Part shown: in pieces, positions 22,334 through 64,000 of the stretch
Layout: each line of letters opens with the position of its first letter
Numbering within the stretch: the first letter of the stretch is position 1
Source: Balanoglossus misakiensis
Taxonomy: Eukaryota > Animalia > Hemichordata
Direction of reading: 5' to 3'
NCBI GenBank assembly: GCA_040954595.2
Contig: CM082581.2
Coordinates: 5,138,699 to 5,202,698, forward strand
DNA: 64,000 nucleotides
Made by a program: the position numbers and the translations under genes
The notes under the pieces: model-generated
Told to the model about the DNA's origin: nothing
Databases searched by the model: none
What the model saw: only the letters and a program-made list of their open reading frames with translations

Positions 22334-24035
22334 GTTGGATCCACTGATTACAAACGTTTCGCCTGCAAAACATAATATTTTCAGTAAATTACTCAGTGGA
22401 AGAATTCATGGTAGATAATTTTCTGATTCGCACAGGTGGTATTTTAATGGCCGTACCAGTGTATTTTATTATCGGCTATTTTATCCCAATTATTTGGTTT
22501 TCAAGTATCGTGGTATATGCAAAAAAAAAAAAACCAGGGTGAGGAGCATTTTTCATATAACTACGCTATCAGCATGTTTGTTTGGCGAAGAAACTCAAAC
22601 TTCGACGAGTAGACTAATTTCTAATGGTGGAAATAACTTTCGTCCAATCACAATGCTCGTAATTACTGGCCAATGAGAGCCATATTTACAATTTCTTCTT
22701 CAGCGCAGCGTAGCCAGCGGCGGAAATGAGGGCAGACTGCTGGCTTTCGTTATTTATGATAAATGTGATGTGCGTTTCGTCAAAAATAAAATAAAAAGCT
22801 ATCACGTCGATCGTCCTAAACACAATGTTTTTTTCTTACACATTTTCGTACTCATTATTCATTGCATACATGTAGATAGACGCATGGGTTTGTTGTTGTT
22901 GCACCCACCGACGTAGCTGTACTTGCACGATAAGTTTTGTAATTATTCTTTTGCAAGAACAGGCGGTTACGCCCCTGTTGCTAATGATAATGCTAGTCTG
23001 TTTTCTGGATGCACGCGAAAGATCCCCAAAATATTTCAGAGACTATCCGCCACATCTACGGTTGTAAACAAGCGCCCGTGAAACCAACCGGTGACGGTTA
23101 CAGTAGAAGTTTACATACATCATGGAATCCATGCATACATGTATGCTCGCCAGCTTGAGACCTCGTGCACGGTACGTGACCAGCACGGAAGTGAAACTTT
23201 GTTCATACGTTTTTTTCATCGGATATCGAATATTGCCGTTGTTCACGACAGTTTACAATTCACTATGGTTGATTAAATTGACGCCAATCTTATGACGAAA
23301 CTCACCTTTAATGTCATGCGACGGGGACCACACTAAACACAGTCATTTAGGCTATAGCGCAACACAAATTCTGCGATTCTCGTCGAGAGTCGGGCGAATG
23401 AAGTTGGCGAAATGTGATACATGTAGGTAAGGCGAGCATGCGCAATCAAGTTAATATGTTACAAACTGTTAATAAGTTGCATGACGCTGTGAGTGCAAAA
23501 ATGTACACGTTATTTTGACACGAACAATTTTTATTCCAATATTGAGATATATCTAATTTCAACCAAAACATGTAGTTGTACTTTGTGTTCCTGTTTATCG
23601 TGTCGATATTTTGCGGTACGTACGCTCTACGGGCCTGGTTATACAGTTTTCAATTTTTGCGTGCAATTTTACCTGTTGTAAGCTTATTCTGTACATATGC
23701 ATCAGCCTCAGGGTCTGTAACACTAAATCATATTATCATGGACCACTCTCCTGTGGGAAATATTCCCCTTGTATGTTTTTTTTCACAGTCCAAAATGATG
23801 AAAAAACAACCATTCTCTGCGATTTGCTTTTGTTCACATGATGGATTCCTATTTTTCCTGCGCGTGGGGTTTGATATAGTGGACATTGATTAACGATATA
23901 TGTCAACTGGTAATTCTAGTATTTGAACCACGATTCACCTACATTGCACGTTCATTTGATGCAATACGTGTACTTCGACCACGGATGTACAGTGGTACCA
24001 GCTCCCATGCATATAGGCCTACGCCCATAAAACTG

Positions 24036-24438
24036 TAGCCCGGAGACACAGGCGTAGTAGGGGAAAAGAAACGCCCGGTGACAGTCTCTATTTACGCACC
24101 GAATTCTGTGCGCAGAACGACACGGGTGGTAAATCTTGTGTGTAAGCTAATTGGTCACTCAATGTAAACCAAATGACATCATCGCATTCTAAATAAGGAA
24201 ATAGAGGTGGAGTCATGAGTGAAATTCCCCGTGATGGGGTGTGGGAGTGATTTACCAAGCTTTGTTAATTATATCATCCAACCACTGGCGCCCGTCAACA
24301 TTTGATAGATCACTCGTTATCCATTCGTTACTAAGCGACCCTGATCGTTGCCAGGGCTACTATCTTTCAGCTCAGCAGGAAATTTCTCGACTGTCACCGG
24401 GCGTTGTATTCTAGATCGACGCCTGTGTCTCCGGGCTA
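24036..24438. mobile_element. MITE, 403 bp, 20-bp TIRs, 9-bp TSD (Mutator- or hATm-like; superfamily uncertain)
   Basis: TIR TAGCCCGGAGACACAGGCGT / ACGCCTGTGTCTCCGGGCTA; TSD ATAAAACTG at 24027-24035 and 24439-24447; empty sites at ~9120 and ~53495. Confidence 0.9.
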
Positions 24439-24941
24439 ATAAAACTGCAGGGTAGGCCTACATTTGGCACAGGGAGACAATTTTCAACATTAAAACTAGT
24501 CAATGTCCCTATAATCAAATGCCTAATATCTTGATCGCATCCCTTTTCATCGTTTATCATACAAGGCATGACTGTGTTTGTATATAACAAAATCACGAGC
24601 TATTTATCATGTATCCCCGCCCGTTTTTTGATAAATTGGTTCTATTTTCCGGCCGTGCATGTGCTGAAACAAACTTACATTAATTTACATGTTTGAAAAG
24701 ATGGGACTACAGGCAAATAATGACTTGTCTTGTCTTTTTAATTCTTCTTATAGTTCCAAGTTCGTAAAGATGGTATAGCCATACTCCAGCGACTCATTCG
24801 TTCAATGACATTCATGCATATTTTGGATGATTGTTAGCCTCCAACAACGAAACAAACTTAATTGTTAATAAAAGGCGCAACTTTCAATCCCTGGTTCTTG
24901 CATTAGTAGATGTTTCTCCTAGTAAAACATTAGGCTAGTCG

Positions 24942-25005
<64 letters not shown>
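24942..25005. repeat. (CAT)n microsatellite upstream of copy 2
   Basis: Directly visible; homologous tract at 53808-53868. Confidence 0.95.
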
Positions 25006-25006
<1 letters not shown>

Positions 25007-28000
25007 AGATTCCTAAGTTTCCAGTGCTGGTACCTGAGTTTGGGCCGACTGAGATTTTGTCTCCATCGTGCTCCAGTTTCCCACGAACCCCCATTTTACA
25101 CTGTGTCTTATCGCACATGGCCATGTGAATGAAGGCTCAACTAAAATTGCAAAATTGGATCGGCCTAGATTTCAAGTCAGCCCAGTGGACCCCCCCCCCC
25201 CTTCCTTAGCCACGACCAAACTGAGGCGCCCCAAGGCCTACGAAGTCGGTGCTAAATGAACCGTTCAGGCGAATTGCACATTTTGCTCGGGGTTTTGCTT
25301 TAACTTTGTATGAAATGAGCAGCTCAAACAGCCTTGCAAATTTTCGTCAATGGAAATGTACAGAGCGACTCATTGCTATGACAAACCTCCTTAAAATACA
25401 TTACCAATTACGTGAAAGGCTCCTAGTAGAGCAGCTGGTGTTCGTGTTTGATATCGATTTATAGTATGAGGTCAAAACAGTGTCACACACTCTGACACAA
25501 TCAATGGGACAATGGAGTACAATGATGTATGTTTTTCATGGGGGGGGGGCGGGTCGAGAGATCTTCATACTATGATACATATCACGGTCACTCCAGTGAC
25601 CGTGTACATATATTTAAAAAAAACAAGGCCTGTGACAGGAGTCAGCTGGATCGATATTGATTAAGGACTGTTCTTATCTTGACTGTCGCCAATAAATTGT
25701 CCCACAAGTAGCACTGATAAGTTTGTCCACTGCCACTGGCACAGATGGAAGCAGCTTTTTATCTGCAAATCAACCTGAAATGGTCGTGAAATTATTAGAT
25801 TTAGTGGGCCCATTCTATCAGTGAATCGGTGAAATTTGTGATGAAGACACGAAGAAATGAATCATTGTTAGTAATTGATATTGTATCAAGCAAACATTTC
25901 TCTTTTCTCAGAGATAGTAGCTAACCTAGCTAGGGGGTCTGGCCGTGCCAGTCAGAACCTCCAGGTAGGTTACAATCTCTGTACATGGGTCCTTGTCAAC
26001 ACATGTACACATAAGTTATTTTGTGAAGAAACCTATATTATTACCCAGTGCTCGATGCAGGTTACTTTTGAATTGTGTACTACTGATTTGGAGAGTGGCA
26101 GTCCCTGCCTCTAAATGAATACTTTATATTCTTGCGAGGATTCTAGTTACTTCAGCATAAACTTCAAATCGACAAGCACATCATCCAAGACAGTTAAATG
26201 ATTTAATGTTTTCACAAATACACTACACCCAGATACATTGATTGGCACCCAAAAATGTTTACAGATTCTCTGTCAGTTGAATTCTTTCATCCAAAAATCA
26301 AAGCATGTAATCGTCTTGATTTGAACAAGCTCAAAGATGCATAATTCATTAACAAGAATAGCAAGCTGAATCACTTATGTATGAAAAATTCAAATCACAA
26401 AATCATATCAGTCATGTTCATCTTAATGTAAATATATCCTGAATAAATGGCAGCCTACCAAAAATCAGCTAAAACAATTTCAGCATTTGTATATGTTTTC
26501 AAAATTTTAAAAAAGTGATGAAACCCATTACATTTATATGTTAACTTGTTTCCATGGAAATGTTTTTCCCAAGAAAAACAAGTGTTACAAGAAATTTCCA
26601 ATTTGTAGGTTTTATATATAATGTAGACATGGCAAGTACAATAAATTAGATGTTTTTGTCAATCAAATTATTTTACAAAACTGTAATCTTTCACCCAAAC
26701 CTCAACTAAAAATATTCAAATATAACCGAGTTGAACTAATACTAGAAATACATGTTGCTTTTTGCAAGTTTTTTTTTAACACAGCACTAGATAGATTTTC
26801 ATGATTTACAAGTCACTGCTGGATAAAAAAGATGTTTGTTTTTTTGAAGAAGTCGTTTCATAGAAATGGATTGAAAATTTGTGACAATGATACTGCAGCA
26901 GCCATGTTGACATGATGCAGATTGACAAGCATATAAGTACCATGTGCAACCGATGGCTGATGATGCAGACATGTTTAGAAATTCTCAAACTTCTCATATT
27001 CATATTTTTTTTAAGTGGAGACACTGTAAAATTGGCAGATTTGAATACTTAAATGTTTTCCTAGATATAGTAATATAGTAATACCGGTAGTTAAAATTAA
27101 AGTTAAAAGGAAAGCAGTTCTGGCATGTCTGAGTATATGCATGTCCGAGTATGTCTGAATCTCTCTCTACAAATTCAAATCCACCAATGATATATATGCT
27201 CCATATCATGTTGTTTGTGATCGACTTTCATGTGTACTAGCTGGTATAGATGTCGTTATTCTTTAATTACATGATATCTCATACTGTTGTCGTAAACTTC
27301 GCAACAGCTCCCAAAAAATGTGAAAATAAAAAGTCCCATAAAATGTTTTTCGAGATAACGATGCTGATAGTGAAATACAAGAATGCAAAAATTAATCATC
27401 ACGTAACTGTTGCAGTGAGAGTAAATATATGAAACCTCAAACGTTTGATGTTGGCAAATCGTTTTTGTTTTCATTCTCCTAATTTGTAGGATAGCTTTGT
27501 TACCACAATCTACATAATATGCCCCTCCCCACCCCCCCCCCACCCCAGGTATACAGTATGCTGTACTATAAAGTATTAGCCAAAGAACTGAGACAAGAAA
27601 AGTAACAATCTGCAGGATTGTGTAAACCAAAGCAATCTGGCAAAATATCTTCTGGAAAAGATTTTTGTTACCAATGGGAAAAATGTTGCCACTTTTTACA
27701 TAATTGAAAATTGTACCTCATTTTGATAAAATCCAAATGACAACATCCATGCAAGCAAAGTTTGAAACAAACAGAATGTCTTAGAAAGAATTCTGACAGA
27801 CACTAAATGAACGTAAGAATAATATTAATTGTTCTTCATTTCATTGTAATTGAATAAACCTGAATGAGAACATCCATTGATCATGTAAATTTGGTGGAGT
27901 CACCCTCAAATGTACAGTCACCATTTAAACTACAATGCAGGAAATTCTAAGATCATATATGACTTGGTTCTCAGGGTTCTACATATGCTTATACACATTA

Positions 28001-28545
28001 CATTCAGATGACAGGCACATATCCGGCCTAAAATAGTAAAAGAAGACTTTGTATTGCCACACATTTGTACGGCAAATTAAAAAATAACAAAAAAATATCA
28101 CACATATAACTACTGGAGCTTCCTTGACTTTTGTTTTTGAAAAAAAAATACAACTGTCAAAGGGAATTTATGCTCTTGCTGCCTTACAATTGTATAAAAA
28201 TCCTTATTCACTGTTCAGTGTCTATGTCTTCTAGTTCAGAATATAAACTCTTCATGCCTCCAGCCAACAAAAGCACTGGATGCAAACCAAAGCACAATAA
28301 AGGAAAGAAAATGCAGGTAGATCAAATAAAGTGGATGGCACAAAAAATTGTAATTATTCAGAGCTTTCTTGTTTGAATGTACATCTTGGATTCAGTGATT
28401 TGCACACAACTCTGATGGGCACCTGGACTCGAGTTTTTGAAAATGAGAGTCTGCGATAGTTCAAACGAATATCCATGATGCATTTCATAGGAAATGTGTG
28501 AGGCCAGGGAGGTTGACAGGACTCTCTTTGCTCAATTTGGTCTCT

Positions 28546-38187
<9,642 letters not shown>

Positions 38188-38368
38188 GTTGGATCCACTA
38201 ATTATAAACGTTTCACCTGCAAAACATAATATTTTCAGTAAATTACTCAGTGGAAGAATTCATGGTAGATAATTTTCTGATTCACGCAGGCGGTATTTTA
38301 ATGGCCGTACTGGTGTATTTTATCATTGGCTACTCATCCCAATTATCTGGTTTTCAAGTATCATGGTA

Positions 38369-38571
38369 CTGTAAAACATGTTATTTTTGGGAACAATAAA
38401 TTTTCGTGAAATCCGCGAGAGCCAAAAGAACGTGAAATTAAAAGACGCGTATTTTTCTGAGATAACGATGCAGTAAATGAAATAAGAGAAAGCGAAAATT
38501 AATTCTCGGGAAACAGTTGCCTCTTTTGATATCACGAAAATTTCCTGTCGCGAAAATAACATGTTTTACAG
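38369..38571. mobile_element. Tc1/mariner-type MITE, 203 bp, TA TSD
   Basis: TIR CTGTAAAACATGTTATTTT / AAAATAACATGTTTTACAG flanked by TA; empty site ggtatatgc at ~22512. Confidence 0.88.
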
Positions 38572-39479
38572 TATATGCAATTAACAAACCAGGGTGAGGA
38601 GCATTTTTCATATAACTACGCTATCAGCATGTTTGTTTGGCGAAGAAACTCAAACTTCGGCGAGTAGACTAAATTTCTAATGGTGGAAATAACTTTCGTC
38701 CTATCACAATGCTCGTAATTACTGGCCAATGAGAGCCATATTTACAATTTCTTCTGCAGCGCAGCGCAGCCAGCGGCGGAAATGGGGGCAGACGGGCTCT
38801 CGTTGTGATGTGCGTTTCGTGTTGGACCAAAAATAAAATAAAAATCCATGACGCCGACCGTCCTCAACACAATGTTTTCTTCATTTAACTACAAATTATT
38901 CATTGCATAGATAGACGCATGGGTTTGTTGTTGTTGCACCCACCGACGTAGCTGTACTTGCACGATAAGTTTTGTGATTATTCTTTTGCAAGAACAGGCG
39001 GTTACGCCCCTGTTGCTAATGATAAATGCTAGTCTGTTTTCTGGATGCACGCGAAAGATCCCCAAAATATTTCAGAGACTATCCGCCACATATACGGTTG
39101 TAAACAAGCGCCCGTGAAACTAAACGGTGACGGTTACAGTAGAAGTTTACATACATGTATGCTCGCCAGCCTGAGACTACGTGCACGATACGCGACCAGC
39201 ACTGAAGTGAAACTTTGTTCATACGTTTTTTTCATCGGATATCGAATATTGTCGTTGTTCACGACAGTTTACAATTCACTGAGGTTGATTAAATTGACGT
39301 CAATCATATGACGAAACTCACCTTCAATGTCATGCGATGGGGACCACACTAAACACAGTCATTTATAGCGCAACACAAATTCTGCGATTCTCGTCGAGAG
39401 TCGGGCGAATGAAGTTGGCGAAATGTGATAGGTAAAGGAGAGCATTACCAATTACGTGACAGGCTCGTAGTAGAGCAGC

Positions 39480-51807
<12,328 letters not shown>

Positions 51808-53804
51808 GTTGGATCCACTAATTATAAACGTTTCACCTGCAAAACACAATATTTTAAGTAAATTACTTAGTGGAAGAATTCATGGTAGATAATTTTCTGA
51901 TTCACGCAGGTGGTATTTTAATGGCCGTACCAGTGTATTTTATTATTGGCTATTTTATCCCAATTATTTGGTTTTCAAGTATCGTGGTACTAGTATATGC
52001 AAATAACAAACCAGGGTGAGGAACATTTTTCATATAACTACGCTATCAGCATGTTTGTTTGGCGAAGAAACTCAAACTTCGACGAGTAGACTAATTTCTA
52101 ATGGTGGAAATAACTTTCGTCCAATCACAATGCTCGTAATTACTGGCCAATGAGAGCCATAGTTACAATTTCTTCAGCGCAGCGCAGCCAGCGGCGGAAA
52201 TGGGGGCAGACGGGCTCTCGTTATTTATGATCAATGTGATGTGCGTTTCGTCAAAAATAAAATAAAAAGCTATAACGTCGACCGTCCTCAACACAATGTT
52301 TTTTTCTTACACATTTTCGTACACATTATTCATTGCACAGATAGACGCATGGGTTTGTTGTTTTTGCACCCACCGACGTAGCTGTACTTGCACGATAAGT
52401 TTTGTGATTACTCTTTTGCAAGAACAGGCGGTTACGCCCCTGTTGCTAATGATAATGCTGGTCTGTTTTCTGGATACACGCGAAAGATCCCCAAAATATT
52501 TCAGAGACTATCCGCCACAACTACGGTTGTAAACAAGCGCCCATGAAACCAACCGGTGACGGTTACTGTAGATATTTACATACATGTATGCTCGCCAGCC
52601 TGAGACTACGTGCACGGTACGCGACCAGCACGGAAGTGAAACTTTGTTCATACGTTTTTTTCATCGGATATCGAATCCTGCATTTGTTCACGACAGTTTA
52701 CAATTCACTATGGTTGACTAAATTGACGCCAATCTTATGACGAAACTCACCTTCAATGTCATGCGATGGGGACCACACTAAACACAGTCATTTTAATAGG
52801 CTATAGCGCAACACAAATTCTGCGATTCTCGTCGAGAGTCGGGCGAATGAAGTTGGCGAAATGTGATAGGTAAGGCGAGCATGCGCAATCAAGTTAATAT
52901 GTTACAAACTGTTAATAAGTTGCATGACGCTGTGAGTGCAAAAATGAACACGTTATTTTGACACGAACAATTATTATTCCAATATTGAGATATTTATCTA
53001 ATTTCAACCAAAACATGTAGTTGTACTTTGTGTTCTTGTTTATCGTGTCGATATTTTGCGGTACGTACGCTCTACGGGCCTGGTTATACAGTTTTGAATT
53101 TACCGTTTGCGTGCAATTTTACCTGTTGTAAGCTTATTCTGTACATATGCATCAGCCTCAGGGTCTGTAACACTAAATCATATTATCATGGACCACTCTC
53201 CTGTGGGAAATATTCCCCTTGTATGTTTTTTAACAGTCCATAATGATGAAAAAACAACCATTCTCCGCGATTTGCTGTTCACATGATGGATTCTTATTTT
53301 TCCTGCGCGTGGGGTTTGATATAGTGGACATTGGTTACGATATATGTCAACGTGTAATTCTAGTATTTACAATAAGAAAATGTGTTGAACCACGATTCAC
53401 CTACATTGCACGTTCATTTGATGCAATGCATGTACATCGACCACGGATGTACAGTGGTACCAGCTCCCATGCATATAGGCCTACGCCCATAAAACTGGTT
53501 AGGCCTATATTTTGCACAGGGAGACAAATTTCAACATTAAAAATAGTCAACGTCCCAATAATCAAATGCCTAATATCTTGAGCGCATCCCTTTTCATCGT
53601 TTATCATACAAGGCATGACGGTGTTTGCATAGGACAAAATCACGAGCTATTTATCATGTATCCCCGCCCGTTTTTTGATAATTGGTTCTATTTTCCGGCC
53701 GTGCATGTGCTGAAACAAACAGCAATTTTCCTGTTTGAAAAGATTGGACTACAGGCAAATAATGACGTGTCTTATCTTTTTAATTCTTCTTAATATAGTT
53801 CCAA

Positions 53805-53807
<3 letters not shown>

Positions 53808-53868
<61 letters not shown>
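53808..53868. repeat. (CAT)n microsatellite upstream of copy 4
   Basis: Directly visible. Confidence 0.95.
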
Positions 53869-53869
<1 letters not shown>

Positions 53870-54104
53870 AGATTCCTAAGTTTCCAGTGCTGGTACCTGA
53901 GTTTTGGCCGACTGAGACTTTGTCTCCATCGTGCTCCAGTTACCCACGAACCCACATTTTACACCGTGTCTTATCGCACATGACTCGGGCTTTTGCTTTA
54001 ACTTTGTATGAAATTAGCAGCTCAAACAGCCTTGCAAATTTTTTAATGGAAAAGTACAGTACGACTCATTGCTATGACAAACCTCCTTAAAATACATTAC
54101 CAAT

Positions 54105-54610
54105 GCCTCTTTACTTTGCTGTCAATGTTGCAGTTTTTTTGCTACAATTTTTTTTCTGAAATCCGGCTTAAATTTCAAAAATCTTCTTCTCCAGAACCGG
54201 TGATAACCGAGACACGGGGTTTGAGGTATGTGGTCACCTAACTGATGTCTATCAAGTTTGCGAAAATCATTGTGATTGGTTGAAGATTTTGGCGGCCATA
54301 TTGGATTTTCGAAAACCCTAGTAAAATTTCAAAAATCTTCTTCTCAAGAACCGGCGATAACCGAGTCACAATATTTAGTGTGTGTGGTCATTAAACAGAT
54401 GTCTATCAAGTTTGCTAAGAAGAATGTGATTGGTCGAAGGTTATGGCGGCCATATTGGATTTTGTGAAAAACGATTAAAAAGTAAAAATTCCCTTTCTAG
54501 CCTAAAAATTGATAGCACAGAAGTTCAAACAATGGCGCCGTGTCCCTGACCTGCAGTGCCCCCTAGAGCCTCGTTTTGATTTACATCCGGGTACCTTTCC
54601 GTAAAGAGGC
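54105..54610. mobile_element. Non-autonomous element, ~500 bp, with terminal inverted repeats and two internal ~155-bp repeats
   Basis: GCCTCTTTAC ... GTAAAGAGGC inserted into ccaattacg, which is intact at ~9505, ~25404 and ~39448; internal repeats aaaatcttcttctc..ggcggccatattggatttt. Confidence 0.78.
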
Positions 54611-57259
54611 ATTACGTGAAAGGCTCCTAGTAGAGCAGCTGGTGTTTGTGTTTGATATCGATTTATTGTATGAGGTCAAAACAGTGTCACACACTCTGAC
54701 ACAATCACACAATGGAGTACAATGATGTATGTTTTTCATGGGGGGGGGGGGGTCGAGAGATCTTCATACTATGATACATATATTTTAAAAAACAAGGCCT
54801 GTGACAGGAGTCAGCTGGATCGATATTGATTAAGGACAGATTCCTATCTTGACTGTCGCCAATAAATTGTCCCACAATAAATTCATGTGTCAGGTAGCAC
54901 TGATAAGTTTTGTCCACACTACATACACTAACACAGATAGAACGTTTGAGTGGCCAGCTTTTTATCAGCAAATCAACCTGAAATGTTATTAGTTTTAGGG
55001 ACCGTACAGTTTTTACGGCGGGAGGGGGGGGGTCACTTAAATTTTGGAATCCAAAAGGGGTGGGGTCATCTTTTTTTTCGAAACGCCTTTAACATACTTT
55101 TGCCCCCCAACTTTAGGAACTAAAATTTGCTTTTCAGTCCACAAAAATGCAGTTTCGAGCCGTTTATTTTACAAAATTTTCTAATGTGGGAAGGGGACAC
55201 CTTCGCCACATTTCATTTATTGGCTGGTTAATCTGGTGTACCAGGACTGTGTGCCCCCCCCCCCACCGATAACTTTGAGCGGCAAAGGTAAAATTTGTCC
55301 TCCCCAACATAGTTGAGTTAATTTGCTTTTGAGTTCATTAAAATGCAGCTTTGAGCTGTGTATTTTATTAAAAAATTCTGCTGTGGGAGGAACACCCCCT
55401 CCCCCACCCACCCTCTTAACTTCTCTGGTTTTACCAATTCTAACAACTATTGTAATGACGTGTCATTGCAATTAATTCATATATTTCTTTATTTTAATTT
55501 ATTCATATATGCAAAATTCAATTGTAAGTCATTCACCACCCGAATGTTGGTTACATTTGCCTACCCCCCCCCCCACCATGAAATTGCTGCCTATGCCCCT
55601 GTACAGTGAAAATGTGTGTGTTATTCCACTTTCATGGAAGTTTTGTGTAATCCATTCTGTAATGAATCTATGTCAATTGTGTTTTGATTGTTTTCTGGTG
55701 TATTTTTTGTGTAAGAAAACTATGAAGACATCCAAAAGTGGGAAAACACACATTTCCACTGTACAACAGTCGTCACATCTTGTGAAAAAGGCAATAAGTA
55801 GATTTTCTTCAGCAATTTTCAGTAAAACCTACAAGAAGAGATAAATTTGCCATGCTTGCACATCCTCACATCACCAAACTGAAATTATTTTCATATGCAT
55901 ACATGTATACATGTCATAGTCCAGTATTTATTAACTTTGAAAGTAAGTCCACTAAGGACATCTAGCATTTTACCACTATTTTGATAATTTTTCTTTTGTG
56001 TCAAAATTTATACAATGAATTTTCCATTGCCGGTGATCAACTTACATACACTATGTACTGTTAGTGTTTTTAATTTTTTTCTGACTGTGTCAGATATAAA
56101 TCCCAGCAAAGCATTTTATATAACAATATCAACACATTTGAAACATGCAACATCTAATGAATATTGAAAAATAAACCTGTTTTTTTTTAAAGCAAACTAA
56201 AGGAGTTCTTGCCTGACTCTTGAGTATACAGTACTGTTACGATATATGTAATATATAAAATAGGTGCAATAATGTAATGTCTGTCATGCGCTTGATACAA
56301 TGAAGTAAGGAAAAGTAGATTCTATTTTGCTTAGTAAATAGGCTCAATGTTCTGGGGTCATGGACTGAAAGCTAAAGAGAGTTGAAAGATGAGACTTTTC
56401 AACAAATGAGCTTGTAAAATTGGTGGAATAACCATAGCGATTGACTTTTGAATTGTACAACCAATTTCTGTTTTCTATTATTTTAACCTGAATATTTGCC
56501 TGGTCTCAAACAACTATGTGAATACGTATATTTTCATTATTGAAAACCTTCAAAAATGAATTATTTCTATGCAAATAGTGTTGTGTAGCAAGCTGATGAT
56601 CATAATTGGATGAGCTGAGCTGTCAACAGATTTTAGAAATGTAAAAATTCAAACTTCCTCAATGCTATATGTTGAATATTCACAAAGAATAGCAGCTACC
56701 TCTTTTATAAACAGTTGTCATAAAATTGAGATAACTTGCTATAAAAATAAGTTGTCAGACAGAAAAGTAACATTTGGGTAAACAAGGTCCAGGGTAAACA
56801 TTCAAAACTTAAAACCACACACTAGTTCATTTCACCTACAAAGTACTATCAAAGAAAATATACAGAATTGACAAGAGAGCTTATATTATCAGTCTAGGCA
56901 TATGCCTCAACTGTTAACTGATGCATATTAAATTTCTGGACAATACAGTTTTCATTAAAGTTTCCTGTGTCCATTATGACAGTCCTCAGCAGATGTACAG
57001 AACACACAAGATGTACACGTTACAAATTATGCTGTACTGAAAACATATCTTCTTTTATATGTTTTTCATAAACTGTAGCAGAATTTACACTTTGTGGAAT
57101 TTCTCTGCCATTTATACGTATGATTTTTACAATGTCAAGACAGATAACCTTTGACAAAGACCCTAGTTTTCTGAATGGCTGCCCTTCAGCAGAACAATTT
57201 GTAGAGTCAGTGTTTTACAACTGGAGACATCATTGGAGATGGGGTTTTGCTGATACTGT

Positions 57260-64000
<6,741 letters not shown>

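Noticed and set aside
24930-25124. Poly-Met, poly-Asp and poly-Ser ORFs (also 53735-53983)
   Set aside because: Translations of the (CAT)n microsatellite.

Overview
AT-rich animal genomic DNA with spliceosomal GT-AG introns, probably from a marine invertebrate (taxon is inference only). The window is a head-to-tail tandem array of five paralogous multi-exon genes, all on the minus strand, spaced about 13.5-16 kb apart. Copies 2-4 are complete, copy 1 runs off the left edge and copy 5 off the right edge. Manual splicing with consistent intron phases gives ~1,400-1,900 aa proteins with the order TRIM RBCC (RING, B-box1, B-box2, coiled coil) - DTX3L-type KH-like modules (variable number) - macrodomain - second C3HC4 RING - Deltex C-terminal (DTC) domain. 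One chain thus combines a TRIM head, an ADP-ribose-binding macrodomain and a Deltex E3 module, with no PARP catalytic domain seen. The upstream region plus TRIM exon is nearly identical between copies, while the KH/macro middles have diverged by module gain/loss, exon duplication, a coding minisatellite and macrodomain loop substitutions, with patchwork exchange between copies. Non-coding DNA carries microsatellites, several MITE/Helentron-type insertions and probable excision footprints. Domain calls are by motif recognition; no database search was run.
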